Shown: positions 1 to 11,482 of the stretch, in pieces
Layout of the letters: each line of letters begins with the position of its first letter
Position numbering within the stretch: position 1 is the stretch's first letter
Assembly: GCA_963792965.1 (NCBI GenBank)
Contig: CAWBYW010000012.1
Coordinates: 1 to 56,517, forward strand
DNA length: 56,517 nucleotides
Direction: 5' to 3'
Source of the DNA: an uncultured delta proteobacterium
GTDB lineage: Bacteria; Desulfobacterota; Zymogenia; Zymogenales; Zymogenaceae
The notes under the pieces: generated by a model
The model's database searches: none
What the model was told of the DNA's origin: nothing
Seen by the model: the letters and a program-made list of their open reading frames with translations, nothing else
Position numbers and translations under genes: made by a program

Positions 1-1013
1 GCGCGACAACGCCCTGATGTGGCTTGAGGAGTACCATGTCGACGGCCTGCGTTGGGACATGATAACCTTATATCAAAAGTATTGACGGTAATGATCGAAG
101 ATCCGGCTAATGACATTCCCGATGGCTGGAGTTTGATGCAGTGGATCAATGATGGAAATCCAACAACGGTTTCCCGGCAAGATCAGCATCGCCGAAGGTA
201 TGCAAGGTTAACGCCTGGGTCACTAAAGACGCTGGAGCGGGCGGCGCCGGCTTCAATGCGCAATGGGATAGCCGAATTTGTTCATCCGGTTCGGCAGGCC
301 GTCATCGCCCGTGATGACGAACTTACGCGATGTAGGGGCAGTCTGCAGAGCTATCGAACATCGCTACGATGAAGATGCCTTCCGCCGGGTTATTTTTACC
401 GAATCACACGATGAGATTGCCAATGGTCGAGCCCGCGTGCCGGAGGAGATCTGGCCGGGTAAGGTGGATAGCTGGTTTTCCAAGAGAAGCGCTCCACGTT
501 GGGCGCTGCTCTTGTTCTTACTTCACCCGGTGTCCCAATGCTATTTCGGGGCAAGAGTTACTGGAAGATCGCTGGTTCCAGGATAAAGTCCCGATGATTG
601 GTTCGAACGGGTGACGAAAACGGTATCCTCTACATGTATCGGGATCTGATCGCCCTGCGTCGTAATCTATCGGGCATGACGAGAGGGTTATGCGGACAGA
701 ATTTCAAATCTATCATGTTGACCATGAGGCCAAGCTTATCGCTTTCCATCGATGGGAGTATCAGGACCACTGACAGCGTCGTTGTGGTGGTTAATATGAC
801 GAATCAAAATCGCGATGGTTACGTCATCGGTTTTCCGCGAGCCGGATTGTGGAAAACGCGCTTTAACAGTGACTCCCACAACTACGGCCCAAATTTTGAT
901 AATATCTCACCACTGACGTCGGAACCCGTGGGGAAGGCGCCGATGGGTTGCCCTGCTCAGGCGAAATCGGCATCGGGCCATACACAGTGGTAATTTTTTC
1001 GCAGGATGACTAG
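1..1013 (+). CDS. GH13 1,4-alpha-glucan branching enzyme / trehalohydrolase-like protein, 3' part, several frameshifts
   Basis: Reads RDNALMWLEEYHVDGLRWD (GH13 nucleophile motif) from base 2, later VIFTESHDE (conserved region IV) and a C-terminal GFPRAGLWKTRFNSD beta domain. Pieces lie in different frames; TAG at 1011-1013. Confidence 0.8.
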
Positions 1014-1103
1014 AACCCTGCTCCGTGCAATGAGCAAGGTAAGATTGTTTTTATAGCGTACAGTCTTGAATTTTCTAATTAAAAGAAAAGCTTAGGAGGC
1101 CCC

Positions 1104-1708
1104 ATGGATGATAACGGGAAACGCCAGGCAAAGGCGCCCGCAATATGATCCTGGCCAGCTTTATCATCGTGGTGGCGGGGATGAAGGCGGCCAGTTCCAT
1201 CCTCGTTCCTTTTTTTCTGGCGGTGTTCATTGCGGTTATTTGCGCTCCGCCGTTGTTCTGGCTACAACGGAAGGGCGTGCCGAAGGTCATCGCACTTGTT
1301 CTCATACTGGTCGCCATCCTGTTCGTAGGAGTACTCTTTGGAGCATTGATTGACTCTTCCGCTGCGGGATCGTTTGAGACCCCCTTCCCGGCTATCAGTA
1401 AGAATTGTGGACCCATATTGCTGCTTTAATAAGCTGGCTGCGCGAAAAGGGCATTAACATTCCAACAGAAGAGGTGTCCGGAGCTTTACATCCGGGATGG
1501 GTGATGAGCTTGGCAGGGGGTATATTCTCAGCCCTGAGCAGTGTCCTCACACAATGCGTTTCTGATCCTGCTCACGGTCGTTTTCATCCTTCTGGAGGCG
1601 GCGGATTTGCCGAAGAAATTACGGGTCGTGTTAAAACACCCGGAGAGGTCGCTTTCTACCATTGAGAAATTCAGCCGGAGCGCCAAGCGCTATATGGTTA
1701 TTAAAACG
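1104..1708 (+). CDS. AI-2E family (PerM/TqsA-like) transporter, frameshifted and 3'-truncated
   Basis: AGGAGG RBS; ASFIIVVAGMKAASSILVPFFLAVFIAVIC and LILLTVVFILLEA...KRYMVIKT are typical AI-2E segments. Similarity stops abruptly near 1710. Confidence 0.75.
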
Positions 1709-1774
1709 TTGTTTAGTTTAGAATTTTCTTCTATTGTTTGGTATTTGGATTTTGGAATTCCCCCGTTTCCAGAC

Positions 1775-2545
1775 CTAATCTTCCGGGACCTGGGCGACGC
1801 CAACCACCCGGATCATCCAATTAACTTTGCTTTTATCGGCAAACCAGTTCTGGCGGCCCGCCCCGATAATCCACTGGCTGGCTATTTGAACATTGCCGGC
1901 AGTATCCCTGCTGGCCAGATCAGAATGCTCATTCAGTGCGCTGTCATCAGCTCCCATGTACAACGCATAAAGGGGGCTCTTTGTATAGACTATTACATAG
2001 AACTGGTCATCGACCTGTACATCCGGGATATCAAAATTAACCCAATCGACGGCCGTGGATGAAAACTGGTTATACGGGTATGTAGCTGCATAAACGGGTT
2101 TCAATCCTTTATCCAATATCTCCAAATCAAATGAGTTATTTACCGGGCTCTTGTCCGCCTTGGGAGAGAACATAGCCGCAATGTTGACCTGTTTTATTAT
2201 CATGGGAGCGGCCGGCGGAGAGAAATTAACTGCGTACCCGCCGTCAACGGACAAAGCATCACGCGGAGTGCCGCTGTCATATTTCAATTGAATCCCCTTT
2301 TGCACCATCTTTTTTACGGCGAGGTTTAGCTGAAGATCACCCATTCTGACGGTGTGGCTGCCATTTGCAGAGGGGGTAAATTCGAACACGACCGTCTGCG
2401 TACTGCCGGCAGCCATCGTCAAGTCTTTCCTGTCCGCTTCATTGCCGTCGATGCTCAGTATTGCCGTATACACACCCTGGACATCGCTTGTATTTGCTAC
2501 CCTGGCCGTAAGAGTCTCTTCCTGGCCGATTATAGCTTTTGCAGG
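1775..2545 (-). CDS. CARDB/Ig-like domain secreted protein, 5'-truncated
   Basis: TLTARVANTSDVQGVYTAILSIDG...LTMAAGSTQTVVFEFTP...GSHTVRMG is a CARDB-type beta sandwich. The frame runs upstream to the ~2545 junction without a start codon. Confidence 0.55.
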   Translation of the reverse strand, partial: PAKAIIGQEETLTARVANTSDVQGVYTAILSIDGNEADRKDLTMAAGSTQTVVFEFTPSANGSHTVRMGDLQLNLAVKKMVQKGIQLKYDSGTPRDALSVDGGYAVNFSPPAAPMIIKQVNIAAMFSPKADKSPVNNSFDLEILDKGLKPVYAATYPYNQFSSTAVDWVNFDIPDVQVDDQFYVIVYTKSPLYALYMGADDSALNEHSDLASRDTAGNVQIASQWIIGAGRQNWFADKSKVNWMIRVVGVAQVPED

Positions 2546-3154
2546 AGAGTTTTTGGATCAACGCCCACCCGGAATATCAGACGATGCGGATCCCGGTGTA
2601 CCAGTGCCCGAGCGACGATCGCCTGGCGAGGGTACCCGCCAGCGCGCGATTACTTCGGCTGCACCGGCGGCAAGACGGTGGCGGCCACCGCCATCTCGGG
2701 CCGCGCCACACCGACGGCCTGTTCCTGGTCAACCCGTTGGACTAAAACGCCAACGTCCGCGACGGCACTTCCAACACGTTTGCCGTGGGCGAAAGCGTCC
2801 ATGTGGCCTTGTGGGGGTTGGGGCCGGGTTATGGCGTCCTCGATCAGGGCGGGCCGGTCCCGTGGTGGATCGGCACCAATTGCGCCAGCGGCCACAATCC
2901 AAGCGACCCGAGCGGCTGGAGCAACGCCCGGAGTTTTCGCAGCACCTATTATCCGATCAACACGAACCTCCTGGGGTCTTGGACCCCGACTACGTCCAAT
3001 TACCCCCCCTTTGGCAGCTACCACGCCGGCGGGCGCACGGGCTTCTCGCCGACGCGCATGTAGGCTTTGTCAACGACACGATCGACATGAAAACGTACCA
3101 GGCGCATCAGCACCATCGCGGGCGGCAGAGGTGGTCCCGGGCAACGCCTACTGA
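2546..3154 (+). CDS. DUF1559 (Planctomycete prepilin / H-X9-DG family) protein, 3' fragment, frameshifted
   Basis: Motifs across frames: IPVYQCPSD, DYFGC, DGTSNTFAVGES, PFGSYHAGG...LADAHVGFVNDTID; ends EVVPGNAY-stop. Confidence 0.8.
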   Translation, partial: RVFGSTPTRNIRRCGSRCTSARATIAWRGYPPARDYFGCTGGKTVAATAISGRATPTACSWSTRWTKTPTSATALPTRLPWAKASMWPCGGWGRVMASSIRAGRSRGGSAPIAPAATIQATRAAGATPGVFAAPIIRSTRTSWGLGPRLRPITPPLAATTPAGARASRRRACRLCQRHDRHENVPGASAPSRAAEVVPGNAY

Positions 3155-3202
3155 TAAAGGGCAACTTCCAATATGGAATCGAACATTCGCGGGTCATCGC
3201 GC

Positions 3203-4291
3203 ATGAAGCATATTGACGAGTACAGGGATCCGGGTCTCTTCGAGGGGGTGCTTGCGGGCCTTAGGAAGAGGGCCGAAAGGGTGGGCAAGACCGTGACCGT
3301 CATGGAGGTCTGCGGGAGCCACACCAACGCCATTGGACGGTTCGGGATACGGAAGGTGCTCCCCGAGAACGTCCGCCTCATCTCCGGGCCCGGATGTCCG
3401 GTCTGCGTTACCTCGATTCAGGATGTGGATACGGCGCTCTTTCTGGCCGGGATGCCCGGCGTCATCTTTGCCACCTTCGGCGACATGCTGCGCGTCCCCG
3501 GGACGGGAAGGCGGTCACTGGAGAAGGAGCGGGCGGCCGGCGCCGACGTCAGGGTGGTCGATTCGTCGGCCGAGTGCCTCGCTATCGCACGCGAGAACCC
3601 CGGACGAGAGGTTGTCTTCATGGGAATCGGCTTTGAGACTACGTCGCCCGCCGCCGCGGCCGTCGTCAAGGCCGCCCGGAAGCAGGGGCTGGATAATTTC
3701 TCTATCCTCTCCGTCCACAAGGTCATTCCGCCGGCGCTCGAGGCGCTCATCGCTGACCCGAGTCTCTCCGTCGACGGGTTTATGCTGCCGGGACACGTGA
3801 GCACGATCCTCGGAAGCGCCGCGTACGCCCTGATCCCCGCGCACGATCGCGCCGGCGTCATCACCGGCTTTGAGCCGGTGGATATCCTGGAGGGGATATT
3901 CATGATCCTGGGCCAGATCATCGACGATTCCAAACGCATTGAGATCCAGTACAGCCGCGGCGTCAAGGAAGAGGGAAACGCGACCGCCCGTGCGATACTG
4001 GCCGAGGTATTTGACAGCGCCGATTCGCCCTGGCGGGGTCTCGGGGTGATCCCGGAGAGCGGCCTCGTATTTCGGGAAGGATTTCGTGAGTTTGACGCTC
4101 TGGCGCGGTTCGAGGTTGGGCCCATTGACTCGCAAGAGATCGCGGGGTGCCGCTGTGGCGACGTGCTCAAGGGGATCCTTGCCCCGCCCGAATGCCCCCA
4201 CTTCCGGAAAAGCTGCTCGCCGAGGAATCCCCTCGGCCCGTGCATGGTTTCGACCGAGGGAACGTGCGCCTCATACTATAAATATCAATGA
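3203..4291 (+). CDS. hypD: [NiFe]-hydrogenase maturation protein HypD
   Basis: MEVCGSHT, SGPGCPVCV, GFETT, PGHVS and C-terminal C..C..C..PLGPCMVSTEGTC motifs. Confidence 0.97.
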   Translation: MKHIDEYRDPGLFEGVLAGLRKRAERVGKTVTVMEVCGSHTNAIGRFGIRKVLPENVRLISGPGCPVCVTSIQDVDTALFLAGMPGVIFATFGDMLRVPGTGRRSLEKERAAGADVRVVDSSAECLAIARENPGREVVFMGIGFETTSPAAAAVVKAARKQGLDNFSILSVHKVIPPALEALIADPSLSVDGFMLPGHVSTILGSAAYALIPAHDRAGVITGFEPVDILEGIFMILGQIIDDSKRIEIQYSRGVKEEGNATARAILAEVFDSADSPWRGLGVIPESGLVFREGFREFDALARFEVGPIDSQEIAGCRCGDVLKGILAPPECPHFRKSCSPRNPLGPCMVSTEGTCASYYKYQ

Positions 4292-6602
4292 CGGACACTG
4301 CGCCACACCCGACCGACACCGTGCGCCTGCGCTGCCTCTTCTCGGGCATCGTACAGGGCGTCGGCTTTCGCCCCTTCATCTGGCGGATCGCCACCCGAAA
4401 CGGGTTGACCGGCTTTGTTAAGAACACCTCGGACGGCGTGACGGTGGAGGTGGAGGGCAACAACGCCTCCGTCGATCGGTTCCTGAGGGCGGCGCGGGAG
4501 GAGCTTCCTCCGCTGGCGGATATAACGGGTCTCGTTACCGAGATCGTGCCGCATGCGGGCGAAAGTGATTTCACCATCATCACGAGCGAGCGTACCGGCC
4601 CCTCGGCGGTCCATATCACGCCGGACATCGCCACCTGTGACGCGTGCCGCGGCGAGCTTTTAGACGCGGCCGACCGGCGATACCGCTACCCCTTCATCAA
4701 CTGCACCGACTGCGGCCCCCGCCTCACTATCATCGGCGATATCCCCTATGATAGAAGAAACACGTCCATGTCGGTGTTCGGTCTTTGTCCGGAGTGCCGG
4801 CGCGAGTACGAAGACCCGGCCGATCGTCGTTTCCACGCCGAACCGAACGCCTGCCCCGCCTGCGGACCGAGGCTGACGCTCTTGGGGGGGCAGGGAGAAT
4901 CGATGGGCACTGCCGACCCTGTTGCGGAGACGGCTTGCCTCCTCAAGGCGGGTATGACCGTTGCGATCCGGGGGCTCGGGGGCTTTCACCTCGCGGCCGA
5001 TGCGACAAACGACGAGGCGATCCGGCGCCTGAGGACCAACAAGTGCCGTGAGGAAAAACCCTTTGCCGTGATGGTGAAGGACATCCGCGCCGCGCGGACG
5101 ATCGCAGATATCTCCCCGGAGGAAGAGCGGCTGCTCACGTCCCCCCAGAGGCCCATCGTCCTGCTCAGAAAACGGGCGGGGGCGGTTGTCTCGCCGCTCG
5201 TCGCGCCGGGGATGGGGACTTTCGGCGTCATGCTCCCCTATACCCCACTCCACCACCTTCTCTTTGACGCCGACGGCATAGGGCCCCTCGTCATGACGAG
5301 CGGTAACCGGTCCGGTGAGCCGATCGCCATCGGCATAGAGGACGCGCTCGCAAGTCTCTCGGGGATCGCCGACTATTTCCTTGTCCATAACCGCGAGATC
5401 CTGGTCCGTTGCGACGATTCCATCGCAATGGTGGCTGGCAACAAAGGCTCGATCCTGCGCAGGTCGCGGGGCTATGCGCCGAAACCTATAGCGCTTTCCG
5501 ACTCCTACCCGGACGTGCTGGCCGTCGGAGGACACCTCAAGACGACCCTCTGTCTCCTGAAAGGGAGGTCGGCCTTCATGAGCCCGTACGTCGGGGATAT
5601 GGATACCCCCGCGGCTCGCGAATTCTTCTTTGAGGCCGCATCCGTCATGAAACGTATCACCGAGTGCGAGCCGTCGGTCGTCGCATGTGACCTTCATCCC
5701 GGCTACTTTACGGTGGCCGCCGCGCACAAGATGCATGGCATAAAAACGGTGGCCGTTCAACACCACCATGCGCACGTTGTCTCGTGCATGGCCGAAAATG
5801 GGATAGCGGGTCGCGTTATCGGGGTGGCGCTGGATGGGACCGGCTACGGGACCGACGGCACAATCTGGGGGGAGAGTTTCTCGTGGCCGATGAGATCTCC
5901 TTTGAGCGGGCCGGCCACCTTTCCCCGTTCCGCCTTCCGGGTGGCGAGGCCGCCGTTCACGAGCCGTGGAGGAGCGCGGCCGATCTCTTGAGGGGCGCCT
6001 TCGGGGAAGAATGGTGGACAATCGCCGGAAGACTCGGCGTCATACCGGATGATGCTTTCCGGGGGCCGTTCAGAGTGGTCGTGGAGAAAGGGCTCAACTG
6101 TCCCGTCACGACGAGCCTCGGCAGGGTCTTCGATGGTGTGGCGGCGATCCTCGACGTCAGGGGCACCGTGAACTTCGAGGGCCAGGCCGCCATGGAGCTT
6201 GAGACCTCTGCCACGGGCACCGTCGGACGTATCCTCCCCTTTGCCGTCGAGGAAGAAAACGGCGTTGTAATCCTCGATCTCTTCCCCGCTATCCGGGAAA
6301 TCGCGCAGGAAAGGCTCTCGGGAAAGGCGGCCGACATCCTCGCTGCTGCTTTTCATGCGACGGTCGTGCGCGCGATCGTGCGGACGACGGCCACGATCCG
6401 CGAAAGGACCGGGATTGGGCGCGCCGTCCTGAGCGGCGGGTGCTTCCAGAACAGGATCCTCCTGGAGGGCGTTACCGATGAACTGGCAGGTGCGGGCTTC
6501 GAGGTCTATTCTCATCACCACGTTCCCACCAACGACGGCGGAATCGCCCTCGGTCAGGCCGTCTCGGCAGGGGCCCGATCGAAGGCCGGTATCGTAAATT
6601 AG
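4288..6602 (+). CDS. hypF: Carbamoyltransferase HypF (one frameshift near 5870)
   Basis: Acylphosphatase GIVQGVGFRPF, two Zn fingers (CDAC, CTDCGPR, CPEC, CPACGP), QHHHAH, DGTGYGTDG, C-terminal PTNDGGIALGQ. Split over ORFs 4288-5991 and 5784-6602. Confidence 0.95.
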
Positions 6603-6711
6603 CCGCCCACCCGGTGCGGCCAGACCCTATTTATCCCTATTTACTGCTTATAGATGTGCGCGGCAAATCCGCGGACGATTGCCCCATACCTTGGCTCATT
6701 TGATAAAATTG

Positions 6712-6740
6712 TTGACGAGAAAACGTGGATTTGATATACT
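6712..6740 (+). promoter_or_regulatory. Sigma70-type promoter (distal)
   Basis: TTGACG-17 nt-TATACT. Confidence 0.55.
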
Positions 6741-6940
6741 GTAATGTTAATGTCGAGCGGTATTATAGGGTTTTTTACCGGGGGGTCTTGTCAGATCGCG
6801 GCCAAAGACATGAGTCCAGTCTATATGTCATGAATGATACGGACATGGATGTTCTTGAGAAATCGACTTTTAAAGCCACGGGATGGCTTGGAGCGCCGGA
6901 AGTAATAAGAAATAGCGAAATCTTACAACGACAAATTCCC

Positions 6941-6970
6941 TTGACAGAAAAGAAGGGCTTGTGATACATT
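6941..6970 (+). promoter_or_regulatory. Sigma70-type promoter of the OFA transporter
   Basis: TTGACA-18 nt-TACATT with extended -10 TG. Confidence 0.55.
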
Positions 6971-6976
6971 TCACGG
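6959..6976. promoter_or_regulatory. Rex-like operator overlapping the -10 box
   Basis: TTGTGATACATTTCACGG versus Rex consensus TTGTGAA-N4-TTCACAA. Confidence 0.5.
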
Positions 6977-6978
6977 CG

Positions 6979-6996
6979 TGAATGAATACTCATTCA
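6979..6996. promoter_or_regulatory. TetR/FadR(YsiA)-type palindromic operator
   Basis: TGAATGA-ATAC-TCATTCA has perfect arms and fits the B. subtilis FadR box TGAATGANTANTCATTCA. Confidence 0.6.
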
Positions 6997-7218
6997 TTTG
7001 CCCGCGAGCGAGGGAAGGCTGAATTATTCCGAGGATAAGGCGAACGCGGGTGCTCACCGCGCAAAACGGACTACTCTCTTTTTTTATGCCGCCACGCAGG
7101 GCGCAGGGGGAAGAGGCCGAGATTATATAGAGCATTGAAAAGTGAAGGGAAAAGATCGGAATAGTACATAGACTGATTTTACGTTATTGTCCCAACATTT
7201 ATTAAAGGAAAGTGAGCA

Positions 7219-8465
7219 ATGAGTAAAGAGAATTTGGAGAGCAAACGATGGTGGATCGCCGTAGCGGCCGTCATCATGCAGTTATGCCTCGGCTCTGTTT
7301 ACGCCTGGTCGGTCTTCAAGAAACCGCTCATGGATAACCACAACTGGCCGGAGGTCGGCGTGCAGATCACCTTCATGATCCTGATGGCGTTCACCGGCCT
7401 TTCTGCCGCCTTCGGCGGCGGAGTCCTCGATAAGAAGGGTCCCCGCTTCGTAGCCACGATCGGGGGCGTACTGTTTGGTATCGGCACCATGCTCGCGGGC
7501 CTTGCGGATCATACGGGGAGCATCGTCCTGTTGTATCTCAGCTTCGGCGTGCTTGCCGGCCTGGGCGGCGGCGCTGCATATGTCACCCCGATCGCCACGC
7601 TCATCCGCTGGTTCCCCGACAAGCGCGGGCTCGTGACGGGCCTGGCGGTCATGGGATACGGCGGCGGCGCATTCTTCATCGGTCAGATCGCCCCGGTGAT
7701 GATCATCAAGATGGGGGTCGCCATGACCTGGTATGTCCTCGGCGCGATCTTCTTAGTCCTCACCGTCGCCGCGGCCCAGCTCTACAAGAACCCGCCGAAG
7801 GGGTGGCTGCCGAAGGGATTCACCCCGCCTAAGACGGCGGCGTCGGCCGCCAATTCGTTTACCGCTCCGGAGGCGCAGAGAAAGATACAATGGTGGATGC
7901 TCTGGGGAATGCTCTTCCTGAACGTCTCCGCGGGACTGGGGCTCATCTCCCAGCTCTCACCCTTGGCGCAAGAGGTCCTGAAGAAGACCATGGTCGAGAC
8001 CGATCCGGCAAAACTCGCGGCGGCCCTTGCGGTTGCCGGCGGCACGATCCTGGCCATTGCCTCGATCTTCAACGGACTTGGACGGCTCTTCTGGGCATGG
8101 ACGTCGGATGCCATCGGCCGGAAAGCCGTGTTCATGATCATGTTCGCCAGCCAGGCGGTCCTCTACGTCATCTTACCGAAGATCGGGAGCTCCGTCCTGT
8201 TTACGTTTTTGCGTGTTACCTCCTGGCGTGCTACGGGGGTGGGTTTGCCACGATGCCCGCCTTTGCGGCCGACTCCTTCGGGCCGACGTATATCGGCAGG
8301 GTCTACGGCTTCATGCTGACCGCCTGGGCCACCGCCGGCATCGTCGGGCCGTGGGTTTTCGCTCAGTTTAAGGGCGTGGCCCTCTACGTAGCGGCGGCGT
8401 TTCTGGTCGTCGGTTTCTTCCTCGCGCTCCTCTACAAGCAGCCCGCCCACAAGAAGGCGGCCTAA
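7219..8465 (+). CDS. MFS transporter, oxalate/formate antiporter (OFA) family; frameshift near 8210
   Basis: RWWIAVAAVIMQLCLGSVYAWSVF, WFPDKRGLVTGLAVMGYG, FNGLGRLFWAWTSD, CYGGGFATMPAFAADSFG. Confidence 0.9.
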
Positions 8466-8529
8466 GGGAAGCGTGCCGGGCAGGTGTGCGCATGCGCACC
8501 CGAGCGACGACGTCTCTACAGGTAAGAGA

Positions 8530-8560
8530 GCGGGGTCGGTCCCTCAGAGACCGGCCCCGC
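8530..8560 (+). terminator. GC-rich hairpin after OFA gene
   Basis: GCGGGGTCGGTC / GACCGGCCCCGC inverted repeat; no strong U-tract. Confidence 0.45.
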
Positions 8561-8710
8561 GTATCGCATAAAGTGATCCAAGGGCGCCGTTACCAGTCGT
8601 GTGAACGGTTAACGTGAAACGGAACTTCTTCTCACGGCGCCCATGAATTTGAAAACAAGAGCGAATCTCGTCTACTATATATTATCTCTGCACAAAGGAG
8701 CGAGCCGACA

Positions 8711-9547
8711 GTGGCAAAGATTCTGAAAAAAGAGCGGTTAACACCGGATCTCGTCAGGATGATCCTCGAGGCCCCGGAAATCGCACGAGAGAGGCAAGCG
8801 GGCCAGTTCATCGTGCTGAGGATCAACGAGCAGGGGGAGCGCATCCCGCTGACGATCGCGGATGCCGACGAAAAGGCCGGCACGGTCACCATCATCTTCC
8901 AGGAAGTGGGTAAGAGCACGAAGCTCTTGGGGACGCTCGGTGAGGGAGACGATATCCTTGATCTCGCGGGGCCGCTCGGCAAGCCCACGCATATCGAGAA
9001 GTTCGGGACCGTCGTCTGCGTCGGCGGGGGCGTCGGGGTCGCCCCGATGTATCCCATCACCGAGGCGCTGAAGCAAGCGGGCAATAAGGTAATTACGATC
9101 ATCGGCTCCCGGACCAAGGACCTCCTTATCCTCGAGGACGAGATGAGGGCGGTGTCCGACCGCCTCATGGTCATGACCGACGACGGGTCATACGGCACGA
9201 AGGGATTTGTCACGCAGGCCCTCGAGGAGCTCATCAAGTCGGGTGAGAAGATCGACATCGTGGTCGCCATCGGTCCCGTCGTCATGATGAGGGCGGTCAG
9301 CGAGGTGACGCGGCCTTATAAGATCCCGACCGTGGTCTCGCTGAACTCCATCATGGTGGACGCCACCGGGATGTGCGGCGGCTGTCGGGTCTCGGTCGGC
9401 GGAAAGTCGAAGTTCGCCTGCGTGGAAGGGCCCGAGTTTGACGGACACCAGGTCGATTTTAAGGAACTGATGATGCGCCAGAAGACATACATGAAGCAGG
9501 AGCACGAGTCGCTGGAGTGCTTCCTCAACCAGGCGCTCAAGAAATAG
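8711..9547 (+). CDS. nfnA: Electron-bifurcating transhydrogenase small subunit NfnA (PyrK/SudB-like)
   Basis: AGQFIVLR...GERIPLTIAD, GGGVG, DATGMCGGCRV...ACVEGPEFDGH [2Fe-2S] motif; directly upstream of a GltD-like gene. Confidence 0.88.
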   Translation: MAKILKKERLTPDLVRMILEAPEIARERQAGQFIVLRINEQGERIPLTIADADEKAGTVTIIFQEVGKSTKLLGTLGEGDDILDLAGPLGKPTHIEKFGTVVCVGGGVGVAPMYPITEALKQAGNKVITIIGSRTKDLLILEDEMRAVSDRLMVMTDDGSYGTKGFVTQALEELIKSGEKIDIVVAIGPVVMMRAVSEVTRPYKIPTVVSLNSIMVDATGMCGGCRVSVGGKSKFACVEGPEFDGHQVDFKELMMRQKTYMKQEHESLECFLNQALKK

Positions 9548-9557
9548 AGGAGCCCAG

Positions 9558-10962
9558 ATGGAAACCAAGGAACGAATGCAGATTCCACGGCAGAAAATGC
9601 CGGAGCAGGACCCGAAGGTTCGGGCGAGGAACTTCGACGAGGTCCCCTATGGATACGATAAAGAGATCGCGATCCGTGAGGCCCAGCGCTGCCTGAAGTG
9701 CAAGAAGCCCGGCTGCGTGACGGGCTGTCCGGTCGAGGTCGATATCCCCGGCTTTATCTCCCTGATCGAGGAGGGGGATTTCGTCGGTGCCGCCAAGAAG
9801 ATCAAACAGACCAACGCGCTGCCCGCCGTCTGCGGCCGTGTCTGTCCACAGGAAGAGCAGTGCGAGGCGAAATGTATCCTGGCCAAGAAGGGCGAGGCGG
9901 TCGCTATCGGGCGGCTCGAACGCTTTGCGGCGGACTACGAGCGAAAGAGCGGAACGGTCGAGATCCCGAAGCTCGCCCCGTCGACGGGCAAGAAGATCGC
10001 GGTCGTGGGGTCGGGTCCCGCCGGCCTGACGGTAGCCGGGAACGCTGAGATTGTTGGGCCACGAGGTGACCGTCTTTGAGGCCCTCCACAAGACCGGGGG
10101 CGTCCTTGTCTACGGCATCCCGGAGTTCAGGCTCCCGAAGGCGATCGTCGAGGCCGAGGTGGACTACCTCAAGAAGATGGGGGTGAAGTTCGTCGGCAAC
10201 TACGTCATCGGCAAGATCCGGACGGTGGATAAGCTGCTGTCGGAATACAATGCCGTCTTTCTCGGCACCGGCGCGGGTCTGCCCCTTTTCCTCGGGGTTC
10301 CCGGCGAGAACCTCAACGGGGTCTACTCGGCCAACGAGTACCTCACCCGCTCCAATCTGATGAAGGCCTATCTCTTCCCGAAGTACGACACGCCCATCGT
10401 GTTGGGCAAGAACGTGGCGGTCATCGGCGGCGGCAACGTAGCCATGGACAGCGCCCGGACGGCGCTGAGGCTCGGGGCCGATAACGTCTACATCATCTAC
10501 CGACGCTCGCGAGAAGAGATGCCGGCCCGTAAGGAAGAGGTTCACCATGCCGAGCAGGAAGGGATCCAGTTTCACCTCCTCACCAACCCGATCGCCTTTA
10601 TCGGGGACGAGAACAACTGGGTGGTCCAGATCGAGTGTCAGAAACAGGAGCTCGGTGAGCCGGATGACTCCGGCAGGCGGCGTCCCGTCCCGATCAAGGG
10701 CTCCGAGTTCAAGATCCCGGTCGATACGGTGGTGGTGGCCGTCGGCAACAGCCCCAACCCCCTCGTTCCCGCAACGACGCCGGGGTTGGACACCGGAAGG
10801 AAGGGAAACGTGGTGGCCGACGATGAGACCGGGGCCACGTCGCGCCAGGGGGTCTTCGCCGGTGGCGATATCGTTACCGGTGCCGCGACCGTCATCCTGG
10901 CGATGGGAGCGGGAAGGAAGGCGGCGCGGGCAATCCATAACTACGTGATGAACGGAAAATAG
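9558..10962 (+). CDS. nfnB: Transhydrogenase large subunit NfnB (GltD/SudA-like); frameshift near 10045
   Basis: EAQRCLKCKKPGCVTGCP, CGRVCPQEEQCE, GSGPAG, GGGNVAMDSAR, YRRSR (NADPH), FAGGDIVTGAATVILAM. Confidence 0.88.
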
Positions 10963-11107
10963 ACGAAAAGAAGGGACGGGCGCGTTATCGGGAAGGTACG
11001 GGCACGAGATACAGGGGCTGTTCTTTCCATATGCTGGCGCGAAAGGTTGCCATTTGCGGCGCGGTCTGGAGCACGCTCTGTTACCCGGGAATCGTGAGAG
11101 AGGAGTG

Positions 11108-11482
11108 ATGAAACTCAGAGAGGTAAGAGAGATACTCGATGCCGAGGTCATTGTCGGTCAGGAGTTGCTGGATATGGAAGTAAAGACCGCCTTCGGCGCC
11201 GACCTGATGAGCGACGTATTGGCGTTCGCCAAGCAGGGGAGTCTCCTTATAACCGGGTTGACAAATCCCCAGGTTATCAGGACTTCCGAGATCCTCGATA
11301 TCGCCGGGATTATCATCGTGCGGGGAAAAATCCCGCCGCCTGAGACCGTTAAGTTGGCCGAAGAGCTGAGGATCCCGATCCTTAGGACGCGCTATATACT
11401 CTTTGAGACCGCCGGCCGTCTCTACGCAAAGGGTATCGTCGGATGCGTGGAGAAGGTTGGTACCGATCATGCGCGCGGGTAA
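11108..11482 (+). CDS. DRTGG domain protein
   Basis: FGADLMSDVLAF...LITGLTNPQVIRT signature of the DRTGG proteins found in hyd/fdh operons. Confidence 0.8.
   Translation: MKLREVREILDAEVIVGQELLDMEVKTAFGADLMSDVLAFAKQGSLLITGLTNPQVIRTSEILDIAGIIIVRGKIPPPETVKLAEELRIPILRTRYILFETAGRLYAKGIVGCVEKVGTDHARG

Noticed and set aside
8596-8640. Rex box upstream of nfnA
   Set aside because: GTGAA/TTAAC half-sites have the wrong spacing and a weak match.
11034-11051. Sigma54 promoter TGGCGCGAAAGGTTGC before the DRTGG cassette
   Set aside because: GG-to-GC spacing is 11 rather than the required 10.
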